A DNA stretch of 64,000 nucleotides from a virus (lineage: Duplodnaviria > Caudoviricetes): the IMG/VR virus record IMGVR_UViG_3300014205_000172, positions 160,001-224,000 of that record, one strand, 5' to 3'. Positions within the stretch are counted from its first letter, which is position 1. Every line of letters starts with the position of its first letter. Positions 48,047 through 56,630 of the stretch are shown one piece after another. The notes below the pieces were generated by a model. It worked only from the letters and a program-made list of their open reading frames with translations, did not search any database and was not told where the DNA came from. A program made the position numbers and the translations under genes.

Positions 48047-48359
48047 CATAACGACAGAGCCCTTCGGGGCTCTGTCTAGTCATTTCTTTTTTTGTTAGAT
48101 TGGTATTAGTTTACCAAACAGGATAATCAAATGAGGGGGATAAGGAGGAGCTTGCGACGACGATAGGGGGAGATAGGGGAGTAGAGATGACGAAGGAATC
48201 TCTTCCTTATTCCTATGTAATGTAAATGAATGGTTTTTTATTCATTGGAATGGAATATGGATTGGTTAAAATGCCGGAGGCGTTTTATCTGATGTTGCTC
48301 TATTACTCTAGCTAAGAAACTATCCATTTATCTTAAACACCTAAGAGCTAAACCCCACA

Positions 48360-48647
48360 GTGAAAAGAATCCATCTAAAACCTGATGCTAAGTCAAAAGG
48401 GTTTTACGTATTAGAACACGTAGCTACCGGTAAGGTATGCACCGGGACATGCAGTAACCTGCAAGAGAGTATCCTAGCCAGTAAGCAGCAACTGATGGTA
48501 GGTACCTTCCCTAATAAACCCTTTCAGAAAGCGTACAACAGCGACTGCGATATTAAAGCTCACTATACTGCTACAGCTACCCTTAAGGAAGCAAAAGCGC
48601 TAGAACGTGAGTACAGGCAGACTAAGTGCGATTACTTATTGCTGTAG
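48360..48647 (+). CDS. GIY-YIG-like small protein
   Basis: KGFYVLEHVATGKVCTG.CSNL ... N..FQKAYN ... A..LE. Confidence 0.55.
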   Translation: MKRIHLKPDAKSKGFYVLEHVATGKVCTGTCSNLQESILASKQQLMVGTFPNKPFQKAYNSDCDIKAHYTATATLKEAKALEREYRQTKCDYLLL

Positions 48648-48661
48648 TGGAGATATGAAAC

Positions 48662-49072
48662 ATGGCAGTAGAAGACGGTCTTTTAAAAACAGCGTTGATT
48701 GAAGCCCGCTATGCAATTCCTCGTGAAATCTTGGAGATTGCAGGCGGACAACCTTTCATTGACAAGGTAGTGACTGAACGACTTGAAGAAGTGCGTAATC
48801 AAACACTAAAGAATATTCCACCAAGTTGGAGGCACAAAGTAGTTCGTTACATCGTTACTCGGCTAAAGCAGGCTATCTCTGAAGTGCATGCCGGAGACAG
48901 AAAGCAGAATGACCTTAAACGTTGGGAAATCACCGTCATGAATCAGGGAAGGTTCAATGAGTTTCTTGATGGATACACGGAAGCCGAAGCATTAGCAGAT
49001 GACTTGATGGATACCATTCTTAAGATCAATAGCATGCGTCGATGTGCTTCAGTAGCAGGAGTAGTCAGATGA
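48662..49072 (+). CDS. Hypothetical protein
   Basis: GGAG RBS. Confidence 0.7.
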   Translation: MAVEDGLLKTALIEARYAIPREILEIAGGQPFIDKVVTERLEEVRNQTLKNIPPSWRHKVVRYIVTRLKQAISEVHAGDRKQNDLKRWEITVMNQGRFNEFLDGYTEAEALADDLMDTILKINSMRRCASVAGVVR

Positions 49073-49284
49073 AAGCGTCTATCGAGCAACCTGAAGAAAC
49101 TGTGTGGAATCAGCCAGTCCTTCAGCCGTTATCAGCCCGGCCAAAATTTACCGCCCCTACGAAACAACCTGTTGTCGATTTGGGCGATTACTCGGGTGCT
49201 GTATTTTTTGACTATATTCCAACAGAAGAGGAAAGGCAGATCGTTGAAGCCCACCTGATACCAAATATGTATCCTCGTAAATAG
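49069..49284 (+). CDS. Hypothetical protein
   Basis: AGGAG RBS; ATGA overlap. Confidence 0.6.
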   Translation: MKASIEQPEETVWNQPVLQPLSARPKFTAPTKQPVVDLGDYSGAVFFDYIPTEEERQIVEAHLIPNMYPRK

Positions 49285-49287
49285 ACA

Positions 49288-49322
49288 GCATACAGCCAGC
49301 CCACTGTGGGCTGGCTGTATGC
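49288..49322. terminator. Stem-loop between convergent genes
   Basis: gcatacagccagccca-ctg-tgggctggctgtatgc. Confidence 0.75.
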
Positions 49323-49328
49323 CGCTTA

Positions 49329-50117
49329 CTAAACGTGTAGATAGCTGTGCTCTTTGGGGATATTGGCGTACGCTGGCGATCCAGGAAACACGATATCGGA
49401 TGCAGGGATATCGCTACTGTAAACATATTCGTTTACAGTCTTCTGAAACGGCAGCCTTTCGACAAACTCCAGCGATTCGGTATTAAGCTTAACCAAGAGC
49501 GGTATGCCGTAGAGACCGGAGTATGCCTTGGATGGCGTGAACCAGATTTTATTGCCCTTAATCCTGGCGTCATTACTTCCATTGGCCTTAATGGATAGCC
49601 CCACACGACCTATTAGGTCAGGCGATGTCCTAGTGCCATGGAATAAGTAGATGTGTTTATTTGCAGTCCTGGCGTGAGCGAGCGCTTTCTCCTCGCCAAA
49701 CTGGTTCTTATAACCCTCTACCAGACCACTGAACAGTTCAAAGGAGGCTTCCCCCATATCGGCTTCGCTCAAGATAACGCCTTTAATGGACGAATGTCCT
49801 TGAGTTATGGCTTTATACGCCCTATGAAAACCGTCCACGGTCACCAGAGTACCATCAGATCTCCGTAGGGCGATTATGGGAAAGCCGTCAATCGTTACAG
49901 CATCAAGACGCTTTTTACTGATACGGTCATGCGGGTACTGGTGTTTTAGCTCAGACAGTTTAATGTTTACAACTGGCTTACCTTTAGCATAAGTCTGTAA
50001 CTGCTCGACTGTACGCGACCATTTACTTTCAAGCTCTACGTCTCTCGAAGCGTAGTTGGATACATCCAGTCCACCAGACTCCATGGCGATGGCGAGCAAC
50101 GTCTTTCGCATAGTCAT
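49329..50117 (-). CDS. Putative head-packaged protein: ParB/Srx-like plus ADP-ribosyltransferase-like domains
   Basis: LAIAMES leader; PII..VDGFHR; LFHGT..GL..IWFT..NEY. Confidence 0.6.
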   Translation of the reverse strand: MTMRKTLLAIAMESGGLDVSNYASRDVELESKWSRTVEQLQTYAKGKPVVNIKLSELKHQYPHDRISKKRLDAVTIDGFPIIALRRSDGTLVTVDGFHRAYKAITQGHSSIKGVILSEADMGEASFELFSGLVEGYKNQFGEEKALAHARTANKHIYLFHGTRTSPDLIGRVGLSIKANGSNDARIKGNKIWFTPSKAYSGLYGIPLLVKLNTESLEFVERLPFQKTVNEYVYSSDIPASDIVFPGSPAYANIPKEHSYLHV

Positions 50118-50127
50118 TTTACAGCCC

Positions 50128-51246
50128 TTAAGCAGGCGCGCTGGTTTTAACAGATTTGATGCCGATCAGGGCCTTCAGATCGTTATAAACACGGATGTGG
50201 CCGCTTTGTTCAGTCGATACCAGAGCGACGATGCGCTGACCAACGGTCATGGCACGGGTCGAGACACCACGGAACAAAAGAGCTTCATGAGCGTCTTTCG
50301 CTTTACTGGCGTCGTTGAGCAAGCTCTTCTCAAGATCGGCAGTAATCTTGGCAAAGTGCGCAACCATACCTTCGAACCACTGAACCTTGTCAGAAACATG
50401 TTTGGTCAGTTCGAGAATTTGATCTGGGCGGTATTCGTAATCGGTAGTGGTTGGGCCATGAAGGAACCGAGCCTTTGCTTCCTCAATCAATTTCGGAGCA
50501 GGATCGGCCTCAATGTACTTGATCAGGTTCTCGTTGGTCTGTATCAACGCCTCGGAGTTAATGAACGAGTGTTCGTTAATCAGAAGATTGCCTTTCTGAT
50601 CTTTGAACGATAATACGTTCCCGTGATCTTCGGTCGGTTCTTTATCCAGCTCTTGAATAACCAAAGATGACTGAAGCTTACCGCCAGCGACAAACATAGT
50701 TAGCTGAGGATGGTGGCCTCTAACGAAAGCCGACTGGTCAACGTTGGTGTGTTCGTTGCCTTTCCAGTGCGCTTCGATCGCTGCCTGATCATCCTTGACT
50801 TTCTTGGCGCGCATGCGGGCGAAGATGTTCAGACGACCCAAAGCCTTGACGAAAGCTTCCCACTTCTCTTTCAGCCAGGCAATCAACTTGCTGATTACGC
50901 CAGCCGACTTCTGTTTGACTGCACCAGCATCAGCCGTCGCTGCTTCAAACGAAGGGGCCAGAGTGCCAAGAGGAATCTCGACCCCATGAACCGCCATCAG
51001 ATGGTTCAGCTTGCCCTGATAACTCTCGAAGGATTCTTGAGTGAACGCTTCACCGCCGTTGTGGGAAAGCGATTCCAGCGACTCGGCAAACTTGAGGGCA
51101 TTCATAAGTTCGTCTGCACGGGCTTCGGTGGCATAGAGGAGTTCGTCAAAAACCTCATCCGAATCCACTTCATAGCCCATGGTCTCTTCAGGCAACACCT
51201 CGCCCGACTCCATCGCGATCGCCAACATCGTTTTTTCAAAGCTCAT
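50128..51246 (-). CDS. Internal head protein (phiKZ inner-body-like family)
   Basis: Acidic propeptide with AMES, ATE, SLE, SFE sites; helical I..W..EKW segment. Confidence 0.7.
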   Translation of the reverse strand: MSFEKTMLAIAMESGEVLPEETMGYEVDSDEVFDELLYATEARADELMNALKFAESLESLSHNGGEAFTQESFESYQGKLNHLMAVHGVEIPLGTLAPSFEAATADAGAVKQKSAGVISKLIAWLKEKWEAFVKALGRLNIFARMRAKKVKDDQAAIEAHWKGNEHTNVDQSAFVRGHHPQLTMFVAGGKLQSSLVIQELDKEPTEDHGNVLSFKDQKGNLLINEHSFINSEALIQTNENLIKYIEADPAPKLIEEAKARFLHGPTTTDYEYRPDQILELTKHVSDKVQWFEGMVAHFAKITADLEKSLLNDASKAKDAHEALLFRGVSTRAMTVGQRIVALVSTEQSGHIRVYNDLKALIGIKSVKTSAPA

Positions 51247-51290
51247 GAATATTCCCCTATAAAGATGCCGGCCTTTCAGCCGGCTATTGA

Positions 51291-53816
51291 TTATTTAGCC
51301 GTAACACGCTTGATGTTGATCGTGTAACCACGCAGAGTGCCAATGATGTCCACTGGTTCACACCGCAGGACGTTTTCGGTAATGGTACCTTGCGTTTTGT
51401 ACTCACCATTCATTCCATTGACAGGATTGAAGTTCTCAACCCAACCATCTTCAGCATCAGGACGAAGCGTATAGATGTAAACGTTCAGCTTTTCGATGTC
51501 TGATTTGCTGACATCTTCGTCTACCACTTCAATGTCCAAGCGGTGAGCTTTAGCGTCGTACTTGTAACGCTGCAGGTTCCACTTCTTCTCAATGGCCGAA
51601 CTGATACCAAGCATCATGGCATCTTGCTTCTTGTCGCAGCTATAGAGCCAGGTGTTGTCTTCGATCTTGTCCCACTTAACCAACTCGCCACTGTGTTTGA
51701 AACCAGGCTTGAGCTCATCCTGCTTATAAGCAGAAGAGTGGTACAAGTACGTAGGCAGCTTAATCAAAGGCTCACTGATTTCCTTTTCACCAACTGGCGG
51801 TTCGAGCGTCTGGTTATCAAACGACTCCATTGCCAGATCGATCAGACCATCGAGGTAGTCATGCTTGGATTCCAACTGCATGGTGTCCAAGTCGACGTTA
51901 GAAACGCCCAGGATCGAAGCGGTCATTTCAGCCGACCACTGCATGATGTCGTTACTGCGGGTAGAGATGTTCGGCTTATCACCGGTGTCCAGCAGCACGT
52001 CCCACACATCGACTGGCGTATCTTGACCCAAACGAGCAGCACGGGCAACTGTCTGAATACGGATCGCTTCACGGAAGGGTTGGTTGATCAGGATGATCGA
52101 ACTAGCCGCCGTCAGAGGCACCGCTGTGGATAGAGAAGGATAAGTCGCCAGCAGTGGGTTGATGTCATCATTCTCAAAGAACGACTTCACGATAGCCGAC
52201 AGGTTCTTGTTGGTAGCGCCATAAACCGCAGCTGTCTCGTAGCCTTGCTGTGTGATCAGCTTATTAGCCTTCTCCAGCACTTCAACAAAGCTTGTAAAGA
52301 TCAGCGTCTTTTTCTGAGCACCATCAATCAACTTCGAAAAGTCAATGTGGTCGACCATGTCCAAGTGACACTTAGAACGAGAGCCACCCAACACGGTACC
52401 CAGGCATTCGCCGAGAATGGTTAGGTTGACGTACTTGACGACTGACTTCGCTTTACGGAAGTCATCCTTCATGGCGTTTGGCAATGCAGGAATGATCACC
52501 TTACGCTCAAAGCTGTTGGCCATCATCGACTCAGCTTTCATCGTCTTAGGATCAAAGCCTTTACTGATCAAAGCCACAGCCGCTTTGTAAGCAGCATAAT
52601 CGGCTTTGTTGTAATGAGCGTGTTGCTCAAAGTACGTCAGCGCACGGTCATAGTCGTTTTTGAATTCAGCCTTGTGCTTATCGTAGAACGCAGTACGCTC
52701 TTCGATGAACTTACGCATCTTCTCGCCGATCGCTTCCAGGGTGTACTCATTACCGGTTGGCATTTTAACCAATACGGTTTTGGTGTTCACTGGAATGTCG
52801 ACTACGTCTTGTTTAGGGACGTGGTACTTCAAGTGACCAATACGGTTACGCAGGATGTCGTTGGCGCGTTTTGCATCACGACCATAGATCTTACGGAAGC
52901 GTTCTTCAGCCTCTTCATTAAACAGTGGGTCAATGCATTTAAGAAACGGGATGCACTCAACACCCAGTGCTTGGATCGGCGTACCCGATGCCCACAGGTT
53001 GACCCTGATTTGCGGCATAGATGCTAGGTCGATGTAGATCTGAGTACGGTCCGACGACATGCGGTTGAAGTTGTGGGATTCGTCCAGCCCCAGATACGTG
53101 TTTTCGAAATCACGAGGGTTTGCTTTGACGTAATCCGCCATTTGCTTCAACTGCTCGTAATGCACGATGTAGTAATAAGCATTGCTGTGCAGCGGCTTAT
53201 CTTCAGTCGACACCCAGTACGGCAGTTTCTTCAGCATGATGTCAGCAACAGTATCACGCCAGACACGCTCTACCGAGTTCTTCGGTACCACGATGATCAT
53301 CTTTTTCACGCCTAGGCAGTGGGCAAGGATGATCTGTGTAACGGTCTTACCGGTACCGGCGCCTGCGTCCAACATGTAACCACGCAGACGATAAGCCGGA
53401 ACCATCCGGCCGAAGTGTCTGACGAAATCACGCTGGAAAGGTTTGAGTGGAAAAGGTACCAGATGGTCAATATCTTTTTCATCAGTGATCGACGCAATCA
53501 CACGGTCGATGTCACCTACCCAAGTTTTCTCTTTCAGCTCATGGATCACTTTAGTCAGCACACGGCGAGATGTGCGTGTCTGCGGATCGGCAATCAGGGT
53601 CTCACAAACGTACTTAAAATCCAAAGCGAAGAAGTGCAAAAAGCGCAACTTACCGCTCTGGATAGCAGAGAACATTTGGTTCCCTACTTGATTCGAGCCC
53701 CACGATCTGTACATATCCCGAAGGAGCGTAAAGGTATCAATACCCTCCACAGTAATGTACTTTGGCGTGGAATACACATCTACAACGCCAAGAGTTTTCT
53801 TAATAGAAGAAAACAT
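51291..53816 (-). CDS. SNF2-like SF2 helicase with C-terminal extra domain
   Basis: AGTGKT, DESH, SGTP, TAVPLT, QTVARAARLGQ; AMES before C-terminal LYHSS domain. Confidence 0.85.
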   Translation of the reverse strand: MFSSIKKTLGVVDVYSTPKYITVEGIDTFTLLRDMYRSWGSNQVGNQMFSAIQSGKLRFLHFFALDFKYVCETLIADPQTRTSRRVLTKVIHELKEKTWVGDIDRVIASITDEKDIDHLVPFPLKPFQRDFVRHFGRMVPAYRLRGYMLDAGAGTGKTVTQIILAHCLGVKKMIIVVPKNSVERVWRDTVADIMLKKLPYWVSTEDKPLHSNAYYYIVHYEQLKQMADYVKANPRDFENTYLGLDESHNFNRMSSDRTQIYIDLASMPQIRVNLWASGTPIQALGVECIPFLKCIDPLFNEEAEERFRKIYGRDAKRANDILRNRIGHLKYHVPKQDVVDIPVNTKTVLVKMPTGNEYTLEAIGEKMRKFIEERTAFYDKHKAEFKNDYDRALTYFEQHAHYNKADYAAYKAAVALISKGFDPKTMKAESMMANSFERKVIIPALPNAMKDDFRKAKSVVKYVNLTILGECLGTVLGGSRSKCHLDMVDHIDFSKLIDGAQKKTLIFTSFVEVLEKANKLITQQGYETAAVYGATNKNLSAIVKSFFENDDINPLLATYPSLSTAVPLTAASSIILINQPFREAIRIQTVARAARLGQDTPVDVWDVLLDTGDKPNISTRSNDIMQWSAEMTASILGVSNVDLDTMQLESKHDYLDGLIDLAMESFDNQTLEPPVGEKEISEPLIKLPTYLYHSSAYKQDELKPGFKHSGELVKWDKIEDNTWLYSCDKKQDAMMLGISSAIEKKWNLQRYKYDAKAHRLDIEVVDEDVSKSDIEKLNVYIYTLRPDAEDGWVENFNPVNGMNGEYKTQGTITENVLRCEPVDIIGTLRGYTINIKRVTAK

Positions 53817-53896
53817 GGTGACTCCTAATGCTTTTATTGAGGGAGGTGTTTAAAGACATAAAATCATCGTTTAAAGAAGCCGCAGCAATACATTCT

Positions 53897-54262
53897 TTAT
53901 TTGTCGTCTTCTGGAATGTCAACCATGCCGATTGTTTTGTTCTTGTGGCCGTGGGTGCAGTCGCCCAGATAGATAAGATTACCTTCACGGATAAAGAAGT
54001 GGCATGTAAAAGGCCGTGGTGTGATGGTACCACCAGTCATCAGGATATCGCGTTCTTCATCCGTGATGCGGCCAACACCACTAAGTAACAGACTGGGTGA
54101 AAAGGTTGGTTCGGTTACACTACCATTCCAGCTCCAGAAGGCTTGTTTATTCTTTTCATGCTCTAAGTACACGTTGTGCATCATCATGCAACCGGGGCAA
54201 AAGAAGCTTAATGTGTACTCATTCACCTGTTGTAAGATCGGCGAAAGCTGTCTGATTTCCAT
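53897..54262 (-). CDS. DUF6527-like Zn-binding protein
   Basis: FCPGC...H, WSWNG..PTFSPS, CHFFIREG..YLGDCTH. Confidence 0.7.
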   Translation of the reverse strand: MEIRQLSPILQQVNEYTLSFFCPGCMMMHNVYLEHEKNKQAFWSWNGSVTEPTFSPSLLLSGVGRITDEERDILMTGGTITPRPFTCHFFIREGNLIYLGDCTHGHKNKTIGMVDIPEDDK

Positions 54263-54267
54263 TTGAT

Positions 54268-55098
54268 ATGTCCCCACCGGAGCTAAGTGAAATGGATAAG
54301 AAGGATGAAGTTAAAAGACTGCTGGGTCTTGCGGTCAGAGATAAAGACTTAGGTCCGATGGTCCTCAAGAAGAATTTGAATGATTTGGTCTTGATTGAAC
54401 ATGATGGGAAGAGCGTTGGTTTTGCAATCCCTCGTTTTGAAAAAGACGGTCATTGGCGTACAGGTCCTATCTTTATTGAACCTGGGTATCGTAAGAAAGG
54501 TATTGCCTCAGCATGGATCACTGAGTTCTTTAAAGGTAAAAAAGGAAGAGCTTGGATCGAACCCCATAACCATGCCAGTCAGGGCGCCTTCTCAAAGGCC
54601 GGGTTCCATAAAACAGGTAAGGAGCTCAATACCTCCGGCGAACACTTCCTTGAGTACTCGGTTGAATCAGCAGCTACCTCCGCTGAACAACGATTGATCG
54701 ACCTAGCGTTAAAAGATCCACGTTTAGGTCCCGCTGCAGTTACCACAGACCCTAATCAACTAGTCTGGGTTTATGATGATAACAAAAAGAAGGTGGGTTT
54801 CTTTACACCTAAGCAGGAACCAGATGGCAGGTACAGAACCGGTACCATCTTTATCGAACCTTCAGAACGCGGTAAAGGGTACGGATCGAACGCTGTGAAT
54901 TCGTTCTTCAATGGCGCTACCACACCGGGTCGTGCTTGGATCGAGCCTACCAACGTGCCAAGTCAAACCATCTTTAAAAAGGCAGGATTCTATAAATCAG
55001 GTCGTCACACGATGTCGAAGACAACACCCAGACTGTTTGAAGAATGGATTAACAAACCAGAACCACCATTAGTATCACGACCAGTGCTTGGTTGGTAA
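54268..55098 (+). CDS. Tandem GNAT acetyltransferase
   Basis: Two repeats of RTG.IFIEP..R.KG and GRAWIEP.N..SQ..F.KAGF; linker SVES; ends LGW. Confidence 0.8.
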   Translation: MSPPELSEMDKKDEVKRLLGLAVRDKDLGPMVLKKNLNDLVLIEHDGKSVGFAIPRFEKDGHWRTGPIFIEPGYRKKGIASAWITEFFKGKKGRAWIEPHNHASQGAFSKAGFHKTGKELNTSGEHFLEYSVESAATSAEQRLIDLALKDPRLGPAAVTTDPNQLVWVYDDNKKKVGFFTPKQEPDGRYRTGTIFIEPSERGKGYGSNAVNSFFNGATTPGRAWIEPTNVPSQTIFKKAGFYKSGRHTMSKTTPRLFEEWINKPEPPLVSRPVLGW

Positions 55099-55120
55099 AA
55101 AGATACATTATATGGGTAAT

Positions 55121-55356
55121 GAATACAACCTGTTCATCTTGCTCGCTGGACAGGTTACTTGTGGTCGGGACGTTCCCTTCGACCTGGGTCATTGTCGTTC
55201 CTGGTCGTGTGACAGTGACTGCTGAGTATCACTTAGCCTATAAATCACTTAGTGTGGGAACGGAGTGCTTTATAGAGTGTGTGGTGCGTTGTGGTGCTGA
55301 AGGTGGGTTGGGGGAGTGAAAACATATCGGCAGGGCGCAAGCCCTGCCTTTATGCC
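55121..55356 (+). ncRNA. Putative small RNA
   Basis: Promoter-like ATACATTA at 55103; five consecutive hairpins; G-rich tail; terminal hairpin. Confidence 0.45.
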
Positions 55357-55379
55357 GTTAATATTCGATTTAACTTTTT

Positions 55380-55394
55380 TACAGTCATACATCA
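55380..55394 (+). promoter_or_regulatory. Putative early promoter
   Basis: TACAGTCATACATCA then catacccctacc. Confidence 0.6.
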
Positions 55395-55435
55395 CGCTGA
55401 TGAATAAACATACCCCTACCTTAAAAGGATTTATC

Positions 55436-55810
55436 ATGTTTAGCAAAGACGTTCTGGCACTGGTTGGATTAAGTATGGCTGGTGTAATTATTGGCGGTCT
55501 GATTGGCCGCCATCTCGGAAAGACCATCGGTACGCTGCAAAAGGATATCAGCCTTCTCGACCGCCGTATCATCGAGCTCGAAATCAAAGCTCTGGGCGGT
55601 GCGACAACTGAAACCGCTGAGCAGCGCGGGGCTTATGCCGATCTCGTTGTTCAACTGCTTGTCGATAAAGTTCGTCAGAGTCAAAAAGTACTGTCGGCTG
55701 GCGGTAATGAGAAAATCCATGTTCTGCGTAAGAAGTTTGTCGATAACGAAATTACTGCCGGCATACTTACAACTGGTCTTCTGTACGATGTTTACAGAAA
55801 TGCAAACTAA
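55436..55810 (+). CDS. Membrane-anchored coiled-coil protein
   Basis: AAGGA RBS; N-terminal TM. Confidence 0.7.
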   Translation: MFSKDVLALVGLSMAGVIIGGLIGRHLGKTIGTLQKDISLLDRRIIELEIKALGGATTETAEQRGAYADLVVQLLVDKVRQSQKVLSAGGNEKIHVLRKKFVDNEITAGILTTGLLYDVYRNAN

Positions 55811-55846
55811 CACAATTATCTAACCCCGTTCTTTGGAGAACACACC

Positions 55847-56188
55847 ATGCAAACTTTCGACACACTCCTGGCAATCGTTTATGTTGGTTTGATGATGAGT
55901 ATGCAAATCAACACACTCATCAAACTGTACAAATCCACTACCGGTCATTCAATTGCCCGCTGCTGCTTTGCTTTGACCTTCGTTATGGTTTCGCAATATA
56001 CGCAGCTTAAGAACAATAAAGATTTCCGCCGTGGTTACATGACGGCGCTCTATGTTGCGCCATGCGTGTTCTTTCTGACAGGTCTCAATTACTGCCTGAT
56101 CGCAAACCTGGTCTTTATCATCCAAGGTTTACTTTACGCGTACATCGGCAAAGTCTTGGTCGTTAAACACACTACTCTCACCGCTTAA
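55847..56188 (+). CDS. Membrane protein
   Basis: Several TM helices; GGAG RBS. Confidence 0.7.
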   Translation: MQTFDTLLAIVYVGLMMSMQINTLIKLYKSTTGHSIARCCFALTFVMVSQYTQLKNNKDFRRGYMTALYVAPCVFFLTGLNYCLIANLVFIIQGLLYAYIGKVLVVKHTTLTA

Positions 56189-56200
56189 GGAACTAATGCC

Positions 56201-56533
56201 ATGTCTTCAGAAGCTATCATTCGCGGTGTATCGATCGTAGTCTGCGTTGCAGCCGCAGCATACACCTCTTACAAAATTGGTTCCTGGTTTGCTACCACTC
56301 GACGTAAAGTGCACTACATCGAGGAAATCAGCATTGGGCTGATGCGGCTCAAGTCGGGCGAGCCGGTTGGGGATGTAGAATCCCTCAAATTGCTGAGCTT
56401 GGACCTGGAACAAATCACTGAACAGTTGCAGAAGGCCGCTGAGGATTTCAGCTCTGTAACCGAAGAACAACTAGTGCGTACAGTTGTACGTATCAGCAAT
56501 CTTCATCTGGAATACAAGATTCCAAAAGAGTAA
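56201..56533 (+). CDS. Membrane-anchored hypothetical protein
   Basis: AAGGA RBS; N-terminal hydrophobic helix. Confidence 0.7.
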   Translation: MSSEAIIRGVSIVVCVAAAAYTSYKIGSWFATTRRKVHYIEEISIGLMRLKSGEPVGDVESLKLLSLDLEQITEQLQKAAEDFSSVTEEQLVRTVVRISNLHLEYKIPKE

Positions 56534-56630
56534 CAGCATAAGCACCTACTGCGAGAGAGTCTCGCAGTAGGTGTCTCCTTTTTATTTTCTACAAAAACGG
56601 ATGTTCCTATAACTTTCGGAGCACGACAAC

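Noticed and set aside
50056-54088. Series of + strand ORFs over the head-protein and helicase genes
   Set aside because: Shadows of motif-bearing - strand genes.
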